A DNA stretch of 64,000 bases from Thermoclostridium sp. (GTDB lineage Bacteria; Bacillota; Clostridia; DSM-8532). Of this stretch, positions 1-8,202 are shown piece after piece. Within the stretch, counting starts at the first letter, position 1, and every line of letters starts with the position of its first letter. The DNA lies in contig JAGOJH010000001.1 in NCBI GenBank assembly GCA_017995215.1, forward strand, positions 143 through 64,142. Reading direction: 5' to 3'. Both the position numbers and the translations under genes were made by a program. Under the pieces are notes generated by a model that worked only from the letters and a program-made list of their open reading frames with translations, was not told where the DNA came from and made no database searches.

Positions 1-759
1 TTCAACATTCACGCCTTCATAAGAGGAAGAGGGATATCCAAAATAAACCCAGAGAAATGCGCAGATTTTCATTTCCTTACGCGGTGGAGAAATGCTTTCA
101 ATGCCGTTGGGGCTAATTAAAACGATTTCTCCGGGGCCAAGCTCATATTTCATTTGGTAGCCGAGGTTTGCGAAAGCACAGGATTCAAAGGAAACACTGT
201 ATGCGCCTTCCTTTTCACCAATGATCAACGGGGTTCTGCCATAACGATCTCTGGCGGCATAAATCCCATCTTTGGTAAGAAGCAGCATTGTACAGGAGCC
301 TTCAATCATTTCCTGGGCTTTCAGAATGCCCGCCTTAAACGATTCCTCGTGGTCTATCAGTGCAGAAACGGCCTCTGTAGGGTTGATTTCTCCCTTGCTC
401 ATTTCAAGAAAGTGCATGAAGTTGTTGTTCAGAGTGATATCCACTAATGCCTTCAGGTTGTTGATCCGTCCCACCGTTGTGATGGCATAGTGACCCAGGC
501 GGGAGCGGATGGTCAGAGGCTGAGGCTCGTCATCGCTGATGCAGCCAATCCCCATGTTGCCTTTCATTGAAGAAAGATCCACTTCGAATTTGGAGCGGAA
601 CTGTACGTTTTCAATATTATGAATAGACCTTGAAAATCCGTTTCCAGTCCAGACTGCCATTCCTCCACGGCTTGTACCAAGATGTGAATGGTAATCGGTA
701 CCGAAATACAGATCGGTTACACAGCTGCTTTTTGATACTACTCCAAATAATCCACCCAA
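1..759 (-). CDS. Amidophosphoribosyltransferase-like class II (Ntn) glutamine amidotransferase. The 3' end runs off the window. The N-terminal Cys nucleophile is absent: the protein begins (M)GGLFGVV.
   Basis: The minus-strand translation of 1-759 reads (M)GGLFGVVSKSSCVTDLYFGTDYHSHLGTSRGGMAV...GIYAARDRYGRTPLIIG...SFESCAFANLGYQMKYELGPGEIVLI...KICAFLWVYFGYPSS. This is collinear with the PurF N-terminal and middle regions (CGVFGI.., ..ASETCAFD..GEMLII.., ..SICSMEYIYFSRPDS). A GAGAGGAG RBS sits 8 nt upstream of a TTG start at 759-757. The ORF track does not list it because it runs off the window edge. Confidence 0.6.
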   Translation of the reverse strand, partial: MGGLFGVVSKSSCVTDLYFGTDYHSHLGTSRGGMAVWTGNGFSRSIHNIENVQFRSKFEVDLSSMKGNMGIGCISDDEPQPLTIRSRLGHYAITTVGRINNLKALVDITLNNNFMHFLEMSKGEINPTEAVSALIDHEESFKAGILKAQEMIEGSCTMLLLTKDGIYAARDRYGRTPLIIGEKEGAYSVSFESCAFANLGYQMKYELGPGEIVLISPNGIESISPPRKEMKICAFLWVYFGYPSSSYEGVNVE

Positions 760-949
760 TGGTATTACTCCTCTCACAGGTAAGGGGACAAGCCCGGGTT
801 GCATGGGAGAGCAGTCAGGTTGCATAGGCGAGCAGTAAGCTTTAGCTTACGACCAGCCAAGCTTTAGCTTACGGTCAGCAGCTGGTTCTCGGATCTGACT
901 CTTTGCGGAATGTCCCATTTAATCCAGGGCTCAGGTTTACAATCGTTCG

Positions 950-3900
950 TTATTTTATATCCCTGTGGTATTCCTGCAGGGATTTTACCTTGTCTTCCTT
1001 CACATGGTCCTTGCGATAGGCTGCAATTCCTTTGGCGCTTGCCAAAGCAGCCGTAATCGTTGTGATGTAAGGTATCTTCAGCTTAATCGCCGTCTTGCGG
1101 ATATAGGAATCATCATACTGGCTCTGTTTGCCCACGGGGGTATTGACAACCAGTTGGATCTCCCTGTTTAAAATACTGTCTGCAATGTTCGGGCGGCCTT
1201 CAAACATCTTGTTCACCCGCTCGCACGCAATTCCATTTTTCTTCAGGAAATTATAAGTGCCTTCTGTAGCCTTGATCTGGAAATTCTGCTGTGCAAACAA
1301 CTGTGCTATTTCCAAAAGATTGGGCTTATCCTGATCCGCTACGCTAATCAAAACACAGCCACTTTCCGGCAAAGCCGCCTGTGTTGCTTCTTCAGCCTTG
1401 TAAAAGGCAAGACCAAAGGAATTTGCCATGCCCAGAACCTCGCCGGTGGAGCGCATTTCTGGCCCCAGTACCGGGTCTACCTCATGGAACATGTTAAATG
1501 GGAAAACCGCTTCCTTAACACCGTAATGCGGAATGTTCCTTGTTTTCAACCGGCCAACCGGCGAGGGTGTTCCGGTAACCTCACTAAGGACGATTTCGGT
1601 GGCGATTTTAGCCATCTGAATGTCACAAACCTTTGAAACCAGCGGCACAGTTCTTGATGCCCGGGGGTTTGCTTCCAAAACATAAACGATATCGTCACAG
1701 ATTGCATACTGCATATTCATCAAGCCTACAACCTTCAGTTCATTGGCGATTTTCCGGGTATATTCGCAAATGGTGTCCAGATGCTTCTGGCCAATGCTGA
1801 TGGGGGGGATGACACAGGCTGAGTCTCCGGAGTGGATTCCAGCCAGTTCAATATGCTCCATCACCGCCGGCACAAAGGTCATTTTCCCGTCGGAGAGGGC
1901 ATCGGCCTCCGCTTCAATAGCGTTTTCGAGGAATTTATCGATTAGCAGCGGGCGGTCGGGCGTAACGCCGACAGCCGCGTCAATATACCTGCACAGCATT
2001 TCTTCATCGTAGATCACTTCCATGCCGCGCCCACCAAGCACATAGGAGGGACGGATCATCAACGGGTAGCCTATGTCCCCGGCAATCACAAGCGCTTCTT
2101 CCAGCGTGCTGGTCATGGCGGATTTGGGCATTGGAATGTCCAGCTGCTCCATCAGTTTGCGGAACAGATCGCGGTCTTCTGCCATATCAATGGTTTGCGG
2201 GGTGGTGCCCAGAATTCTGACACCGGCTTTGGCAAGCTCACCGGCGATATTCAGCGGTGTCTGCCCACCAAACTGGATGATCACGCCGATTGGGTTTTCC
2301 TTATGGTAAATGCTCAGTACATCTTCTACAGTTAAAGGCTCGAAATAAAGCTTATCCGAGGTGTCATAATCGGTTGAAACCGTTTCAGGGTTACAGTTTA
2401 CAATAATCGTCTCATACCCCAAATCCTTCAGGGAAAAAGCAGCATGAACACAGCAGTAATCAAATTCGATGCCCTGTCCGATACGGTTTGGGCCTCCGCC
2501 AAGAATCATGACCTTCTTTTGATTGCTCGAATGGGTTTTATCCGGGGCGTTATAGGTTGAGAAATAGTAAGCAGCGTTGTCAACTCCGCTGACCGGAACC
2601 GGTTCCCAGCCCTCTGAAATACCAAGTGCGGTGCGGCGGCTGCGAATCTGTTCTTCCGGAATGCTTATAAGCTTTGAAAGGTACTTGTCGGCAAAGCCGT
2701 CCAGTTTCGCCTGTTTTAACAAGGCATCGGGCAGCATGGAACCCCTGTACTTCAGAATTTCCTCTTCAAGCTCTACAAGCTCTTTCATCTGCTCGATGAA
2801 CCAGGCTTTGATGTGGGTAATGCGATGCAGCTCGTCAACCGAAGCCCCCTTGCGCAATGCTTCGTATAGAATGAACTGACGCTCGCTGGAAGGTTCTATT
2901 AGAAGATCCAGTAGATCCTTCAGTTCCAGCTTGTTGAAATTCTTTGCAAAACCAAGCCCGTACCGACCAATTTCCAAAGAACGAATAGCCTTGTGGAAGG
3001 CTTCCTTGTAGGTTTTGCCGATGCTCATGACTTCACCGACGGCCTTCATTTGGGTTCCCAGCTTATCCTGGGCACCCTTAAATTTCTCAAAGGCCCAGCG
3101 GGGGAACTTTACCACCACATAGTCCCCGGAAGGGGTATATTTATCCAGTGTTCCGTCTCTCCAATAGGGGATTTCATCCAGAGTCAACCCGGCTGCCAGC
3201 ATGGCGGAGATCAACGCTATGGGAAAACCGGTGGCTTTCGAGGCCAGCGCCGAGGAGCGGGAGGTGCGGGGATTGATTTCAATAATGACCACCCTGCCGG
3301 TTTTTGGATCATGTGCCAACTGTACATTGGTACCGCCGATAACCTCAATCGCTTCTACGATTTTATAGGCGTACTGCTGCAGGCGCTTTTGAAGCTCTTC
3401 GCTGATGGTCAGCATAGGTGCGGTGCAGATGGAGTCTCCGGTGTGAACACCCATTGGGTCAATATTCTCTATGAAGCAAACTGTAATCATGTTGTTGTTC
3501 GCGTCGCGGACAACTTCAACCTCCAGCTCTTCCCAGCCGAGAACCGATTCTTCAACCAGAACCTGCCCCACGAGGCTGGCTGAGATACCGCGGTTTGCTA
3601 CAACCCGCAGCTCTTCAATATTATATACCAGCCCGCCGCCGGTGCCGCCCATGGTGTACGCCGGGCGGATGACTACGGGGAAACCCAGCTCCAATGCAAT
3701 CTTTTCAGCTTCATCCACGGTGTAAGCCGGGCTGGAGCGGGGCATATCGATACCAAGCTTGCGCATGGTTTCCTTAAAGGCAATTCTGTCCTCACCGCGC
3801 TCGATGGCATCCACCTGAACACCGATGACCTCGACACCGTATTTTTCAAGCACACCTGCCTTGGAAAGCTCCAGGCACAGGTTTAATGCGGACTGGCCAC

Positions 3901-4171
3901 CCAGGTTCGGCAGAAGCGCATCCGGGCGCTCTTTGTCAATGATCTGGGAGACTCTTTCTACGTTTAGCGGTTCGATGTAGGTTGCATCGGCAATTCCGGG
4001 GTCCGTCATGATGGTGGCGGGGTTGGAATTGACCAGTACAATTTCGTAACCAAGCTTTCTTAAGGCCTTGCAGGCCTGAGTGCCGGAATAATCAAATTCA
4101 CAGGCCTGACCAATAATGATGGGGCCGGAGCCGATGATCAGTATTTTGTGTATGTCGGTGCGTTTTGGCAT
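950..4171 (-). CDS. carB: Carbamoyl-phosphate synthase large subunit
   Basis: 1073-aa ORF with two ATP-grasp halves (MPKRTDIHKILIIGSGPIIIGQACEFDYSGTQA...; second half ...VMILGGGPNRIGQGIEFDYCCVHA...) and a C-terminal MGS-like domain. No carA lies adjacent on either side. Confidence 0.95.
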   Translation of the reverse strand: MPKRTDIHKILIIGSGPIIIGQACEFDYSGTQACKALRKLGYEIVLVNSNPATIMTDPGIADATYIEPLNVERVSQIIDKERPDALLPNLGGQSALNLCLELSKAGVLEKYGVEVIGVQVDAIERGEDRIAFKETMRKLGIDMPRSSPAYTVDEAEKIALELGFPVVIRPAYTMGGTGGGLVYNIEELRVVANRGISASLVGQVLVEESVLGWEELEVEVVRDANNNMITVCFIENIDPMGVHTGDSICTAPMLTISEELQKRLQQYAYKIVEAIEVIGGTNVQLAHDPKTGRVVIIEINPRTSRSSALASKATGFPIALISAMLAAGLTLDEIPYWRDGTLDKYTPSGDYVVVKFPRWAFEKFKGAQDKLGTQMKAVGEVMSIGKTYKEAFHKAIRSLEIGRYGLGFAKNFNKLELKDLLDLLIEPSSERQFILYEALRKGASVDELHRITHIKAWFIEQMKELVELEEEILKYRGSMLPDALLKQAKLDGFADKYLSKLISIPEEQIRSRRTALGISEGWEPVPVSGVDNAAYYFSTYNAPDKTHSSNQKKVMILGGGPNRIGQGIEFDYCCVHAAFSLKDLGYETIIVNCNPETVSTDYDTSDKLYFEPLTVEDVLSIYHKENPIGVIIQFGGQTPLNIAGELAKAGVRILGTTPQTIDMAEDRDLFRKLMEQLDIPMPKSAMTSTLEEALVIAGDIGYPLMIRPSYVLGGRGMEVIYDEEMLCRYIDAAVGVTPDRPLLIDKFLENAIEAEADALSDGKMTFVPAVMEHIELAGIHSGDSACVIPPISIGQKHLDTICEYTRKIANELKVVGLMNMQYAICDDIVYVLEANPRASRTVPLVSKVCDIQMAKIATEIVLSEVTGTPSPVGRLKTRNIPHYGVKEAVFPFNMFHEVDPVLGPEMRSTGEVLGMANSFGLAFYKAEEATQAALPESGCVLISVADQDKPNLLEIAQLFAQQNFQIKATEGTYNFLKKNGIACERVNKMFEGRPNIADSILNREIQLVVNTPVGKQSQYDDSYIRKTAIKLKIPYITTITAALASAKGIAAYRKDHVKEDKVKSLQEYHRDIK

Positions 4172-4381
4172 AATTTTGCTCCTAACGATGATGATTCATG
4201 CATGATGCGCAGGCCGAGTGTATAAATATGCAGAATAAGAAACCGTATTATGGAAATCCATGCATAAAACAAAAAGATCTTCGTGTTTCATGCATAAGTA
4301 TTCCGAATTATGCAGCAAGACCATGCATTGTTTATTATTATATATGATGTTTAGCATCTGTAAACAGTTTTTTATAAATAT

Positions 4382-6667
4382 TTATTCGGTTATGGCTGCC
4401 CGTACCTTTTCCAGATATTCGTCCAGGTCTCCGCTGACCTGAATATCTGGTCTGATACAGCTGTTCACAAGATTTTCATCCTGTACATCCCAGTAGAAGT
4501 TCACCAGCATCACAGCAACCTTGTCCTTCCTGGAATCGAAAACAGTTTGCCCGACGCCCTTGCCGAAGGTAGGTTCTCCTACGACCGTAACATCGTCCAG
4601 GTACGTCTTCAGCCCAAGGGCCAGCATTTCAGAACTGGATGCGGTATACCCGTTGGTCAGAAGAAATATGTCTTTAAACCTGACCGCATCTTCGTCAGAG
4701 TACCAGGAAGAGTTTGTCCCGTCCCGGTAAACCAGGTTTCCAATGCTGCAGCTGTGCAGCAGATAATCCATCATTTCAGCGCAGCTTTCCATCAATCCTC
4801 CGCCATTGTCACGAAGGTCGATCACAAGAACGCTGTTTTCTTTGTCTGGAAGCTCTTCGGCGATTTCAATGAATTCATTGGCGGTGTTATAGCCGAAGAA
4901 ATCGATGTCAAAGTAGTGCACCGGTTGCCCTGTTTCCTGCAGAACCTTCTTGTAGAATACTGTTTGTTCTTCTTCCAGATCCCAGTACAGGTCATATTCC
5001 TCACCACTAAAGCAAAAGGTAAAAATGTCTTCCTCCAATCGGATGCTTTCGATAAATTCATATACACCCGCAGCATCAGCATTGGTCTGCCTGAATTGGT
5101 TCAATCGGGAGTCCAGGTTTTTAATCTGGCCGGAATACAGGTAATTTTGCTCAACAAAGTCGGCGATACGATCGGATAAAGGCTTCTTAGTATTTGCAAT
5201 TTCCTCTTTCAGCAAAAGGCATGTTTCGTTTTCCGGTTCAAGTGCAAGAGCACTTTCAATAGCTGTCTCAGCAAACTCAAACTGTTGGTCGTAATAATAC
5301 CACATTGCAATTTCATAATAGAAGTAAACGGGGTTCTCTTCATGCTCTGCAGCCTTTTTGTAGTTTTCCACAGCTTTTTCGATCTCCTGCAGCCTTGCCC
5401 AGCTGTCCGCGATATAGCCGTAGATATCCGGATCGGACGGAAATCTGTTCACAATGCTCTGTCCATATTCAAGGCACTTTCTGAAAAGCCCGCTGTTATA
5501 AAGAGCCCACATGCTGTTCACATGCCCTGTAACATAATCCGGATCTACCTGTACCGATTGCTGAAAATATTCAAAAGCCTTGCGGTATCGTGTTTCCCAG
5601 CCGTGAATATTCCCCAGGGCGGTGATGGCTTCGGGATTATCCGGCTCCAGCGTGATAGCTTTTTCCGCGGTTTCCAAAGCTGACTGGGTATCTTCCATCG
5701 CAAGGTAATTGTAGACGTTTTGAATATGGGGATACGCATTGTCCGGGGAGAGCTGTGCCTGCTGGTTATAAGCCCGAATGGATTCGGAATAATTTCCAAG
5801 GCGGTAATGAATATCCCCAAGCATGGAATAAAAATCATCGTCAGTTTGAAGTTTCTCGGCTTTTTTCAGCGTTTCCAGGGCTTGTTCGTATTGCTCCTGG
5901 AATTTTTCAATCTCCGCTTGCAGCTTGTAAGCTTGGAACTGAATACGCTGCATGGTTTCAGTATCGTACCGATGACGCTTTTTTTGAGTAGCGAGCGAAT
6001 TCAACTCAGACACCTTTTCCAGGGCTTTCTCGGGATTATTGGAATACAACCAGGAATAAGCCAGAAAACTGAGTGCATCTTCGTCATCAGGAATGATTTC
6101 AATGTATTTGTCAAATTGCTGAATGGCCTTCTCATAGTCTTCAAGACAATAGCAGGCATAGCCATGCCCGTAAATGCTGTCAAGATTTGAATCGTCTTTG
6201 TCCAGCGCATTGATATAAGTATCCCGGGCCTCGGAGTATTTTCCCAAAGACAGAAGGACGTTCCCATGATGGGTTATTTCCATTGCGCTGTTGGGCCTTA
6301 AATCCATGGATTTCAGACTGAATTCATAGGATTTTTCATATTGCTCCAAATTGTACAAAGCCCAGGACATGTTTTGTAAGGCATCATCATTTCGCGAGTC
6401 CCGGCGAAGAATCCCTTCAAGAAGAACAAGCGCTTCTTCTTCACGCTCAAGATAGACCAAAGCAAGTGCTTTATTATTCAGTGCTTCCGCATTATCCGGA
6501 CTCTTCTTCACCATGTTTTCAGCCAACTCGAGGGCCCCCGGGTAATCCTCGCTGTCGATAAGCGAGTTAAAGGCGACCATATCGTTGGAATGGTTAAAAG
6601 CCAAAAGCCCCACAATGGTTACCAGAAGAAATGATGCAATAATAAGCTTAATGCCAACAGATTTCAA
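4382..6667 (-). CDS. TPR-repeat protein fused to a C-terminal S41 (tail-specific/C-terminal processing) peptidase domain, with an N-terminal signal anchor
   Basis: 761 aa. An N-terminal hydrophobic segment is followed by many TPR-like repeats. The C-terminus carries ...VLVIDLRDNGGGL.. and ..TASSSEMLA.., typical of S41 peptidases. An AAGGAG RBS sits 7 nt upstream of a TTG start. Confidence 0.75.
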   Translation of the reverse strand: MKSVGIKLIIASFLLVTIVGLLAFNHSNDMVAFNSLIDSEDYPGALELAENMVKKSPDNAEALNNKALALVYLEREEEALVLLEGILRRDSRNDDALQNMSWALYNLEQYEKSYEFSLKSMDLRPNSAMEITHHGNVLLSLGKYSEARDTYINALDKDDSNLDSIYGHGYACYCLEDYEKAIQQFDKYIEIIPDDEDALSFLAYSWLYSNNPEKALEKVSELNSLATQKKRHRYDTETMQRIQFQAYKLQAEIEKFQEQYEQALETLKKAEKLQTDDDFYSMLGDIHYRLGNYSESIRAYNQQAQLSPDNAYPHIQNVYNYLAMEDTQSALETAEKAITLEPDNPEAITALGNIHGWETRYRKAFEYFQQSVQVDPDYVTGHVNSMWALYNSGLFRKCLEYGQSIVNRFPSDPDIYGYIADSWARLQEIEKAVENYKKAAEHEENPVYFYYEIAMWYYYDQQFEFAETAIESALALEPENETCLLLKEEIANTKKPLSDRIADFVEQNYLYSGQIKNLDSRLNQFRQTNADAAGVYEFIESIRLEEDIFTFCFSGEEYDLYWDLEEEQTVFYKKVLQETGQPVHYFDIDFFGYNTANEFIEIAEELPDKENSVLVIDLRDNGGGLMESCAEMMDYLLHSCSIGNLVYRDGTNSSWYSDEDAVRFKDIFLLTNGYTASSSEMLALGLKTYLDDVTVVGEPTFGKGVGQTVFDSRKDKVAVMLVNFYWDVQDENLVNSCIRPDIQVSGDLDEYLEKVRAAITE

Positions 6668-6688
6668 ACCGTCACTCCTTGATACAAG

Positions 6689-7378
6689 TTATACGTCCCC
6701 GTTGTAGCTGACCAGGGTGGCGCTTGAAACGCCTTCAAGTGCAGAGATTTCCTGAATAAACGAGGTATCCGCGTTTTTAACCTTTACTTCCCAGGTGGCT
6801 TCGATGCTTCCTTTTACAACTGTTTTGGTTTTCAACCTTTTTCCAGGAAGGTTCTTAATCATATTTTCAACATCGCCCTGTGTTTTGTCCTCATAATTCA
6901 AAACCAGCAGATAAACCTCGGCATTACTGCCACGGATAAAGCTGAAGGCAACGACCACCACAGCGATAACCAGCGTTCCCACGATGGACAGCGTATAAAA
7001 CCCGGCACCTGTGGTGATTCCCACCGATATGGCCCAGAACATGTAGCCGATGTCCAAGGGCTCTTTAATCGCCGAGCGGAAACGGACAATACTTAATGCA
7101 CCTACCATACCCAAAGACAGCATCAGGTTCGAGGTGATGGGTATGATGATCAGGGCGGTAACCATGGCTGTCAGCACCAGGGAAAAATTAAAGCTTCGGC
7201 TGTAAACCACACCCTGAAAGGCTTTCTTATAAACGTAAAAAATCAGAAAACCCAGTGCCAGCGCCAACAACAGGGTTATCATGATGCGGCCTACATTAAT
7301 GGATAAGCTGCCTGCACCGCCCATATCCTCCAGGAACCTTTTTCTGATCAAATCGCTGAAATTTAATGTGTCATCCAT
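6689..7378 (-). CDS. DUF4956 domain membrane protein, the usual CotH/VTC partner
   Basis: The sequence MDDTLNFSDLIRKRFLEDMGG... is followed by four TM segments and a soluble C-terminus. The start was reassigned to the internal ATG at 7378 (GAGGTG RBS, 6-nt spacer), 10 nt downstream of the VTC stop. The ORF-track start at 7438 overlaps VTC. Confidence 0.65.
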   Translation of the reverse strand: MDDTLNFSDLIRKRFLEDMGGAGSLSINVGRIMITLLLALALGFLIFYVYKKAFQGVVYSRSFNFSLVLTAMVTALIIIPITSNLMLSLGMVGALSIVRFRSAIKEPLDIGYMFWAISVGITTGAGFYTLSIVGTLVIAVVVVAFSFIRGSNAEVYLLVLNYEDKTQGDVENMIKNLPGKRLKTKTVVKGSIEATWEVKVKNADTSFIQEISALEGVSSATLVSYNGDV

Positions 7379-7388
7379 TCCATTCACC

Positions 7389-8081
7389 TCAACTGAAAGT
7401 TCTTGACAGTACATATTTTGAGATCGAATCCCTTTCACCCTTCACACCGGAAACAAGCTTCTGAATGCTGTGGGGAAGGAATTGATCAAACTTAACTTCC
7501 ATAATCATCATACCTCGACCCATGATCTCCACCATCGGAAACAAGGGATTGAAAAACTCGGTTGACAGAAGGCCGGTTTTCAGTTTCATATCGAAGGTCA
7601 CCCGAACGTTACCCACCGGGTGCACATAGGCTTCCCGAATATAATCGACCAGCACCACCGGGCGCAGCAGCGCAGTTTTCATCTGAACATACAAGCCGCG
7701 CTGGAGCTCACTTTGGGAGTCCTTTAAAAAGTCACAGTCCCCTGCTATGACCTTTTTGCAAAAAAACCGTGTTACACGCTCGGATTCCTTCAGGGTATAC
7801 TGGCCGCTCTTGCCCTTTTTCTCCAGCTTCACCAGGGAGTCCCGATGGTTGTAAAGACGCAGCCTGTACTTTTTTCTTTTCTCCACACCGCTGATCTTGT
7901 CGTGTAACGCACTGTTATAAATATCGTCAAAATAGAGGCTGCGGATCAAATACTGATTGTCCGGGCCTGAAAAGGGGTCGGGAACCATCACCTGGCCCAG
8001 CTTTCTGCGTAAGACCAAATACTGGTCGGTACTGATATAAAACTTTAATTCATGGCGATAAACCTTTTCCGTTGCAATCAT
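7389..8081 (-). CDS. VTC-domain (polyphosphate-polymerase-like/CYTH-like) protein
   Basis: 230 aa: MIATEKVYRHELKFYISTDQYLVLRRKLGQVM...YRLRLYNH...EVKFD. This matches the bacterial VTC-domain family found with CotH and DUF4956. Confidence 0.65.
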   Translation of the reverse strand: MIATEKVYRHELKFYISTDQYLVLRRKLGQVMVPDPFSGPDNQYLIRSLYFDDIYNSALHDKISGVEKRKKYRLRLYNHRDSLVKLEKKGKSGQYTLKESERVTRFFCKKVIAGDCDFLKDSQSELQRGLYVQMKTALLRPVVLVDYIREAYVHPVGNVRVTFDMKLKTGLLSTEFFNPLFPMVEIMGRGMMIMEVKFDQFLPHSIQKLVSGVKGERDSISKYVLSRTFS

Positions 8082-8202
8082 GTCCTTTTCGTTATCTTTA
8101 CCGGGGCACAGCTCGTTGTTTCCCCGGTGTTCTCTGCTTGCTTACCTTCCAATCCCATAGTCGCAAATGTCTTCAGCCGGGGTTTGATTCTTTATTTTTC
8201 AG

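Noticed and set aside
760-949. Possible purine (guanine/adenine) riboswitch in the PurF-like leader
   Set aside because: The conserved purine-riboswitch cores (UAUA...GGGA...UAUGGCCC...CUACC) are absent. The region is dominated by tandem repeats and palindromes instead.
2993-3583. 196-aa plus-strand ORF and several other 60-200-aa ORFs antisense to carB (also 4547-5179, 5285-5683 and 5720-6190 antisense to the TPR/S41 gene, and many antisense to the 1522-aa gene, for example 54761-55291)
   Set aside because: They are embedded antisense within long, well-supported genes. They have no RBS and a biased low-complexity composition from translating GC-rich codons in reverse. They are spurious.
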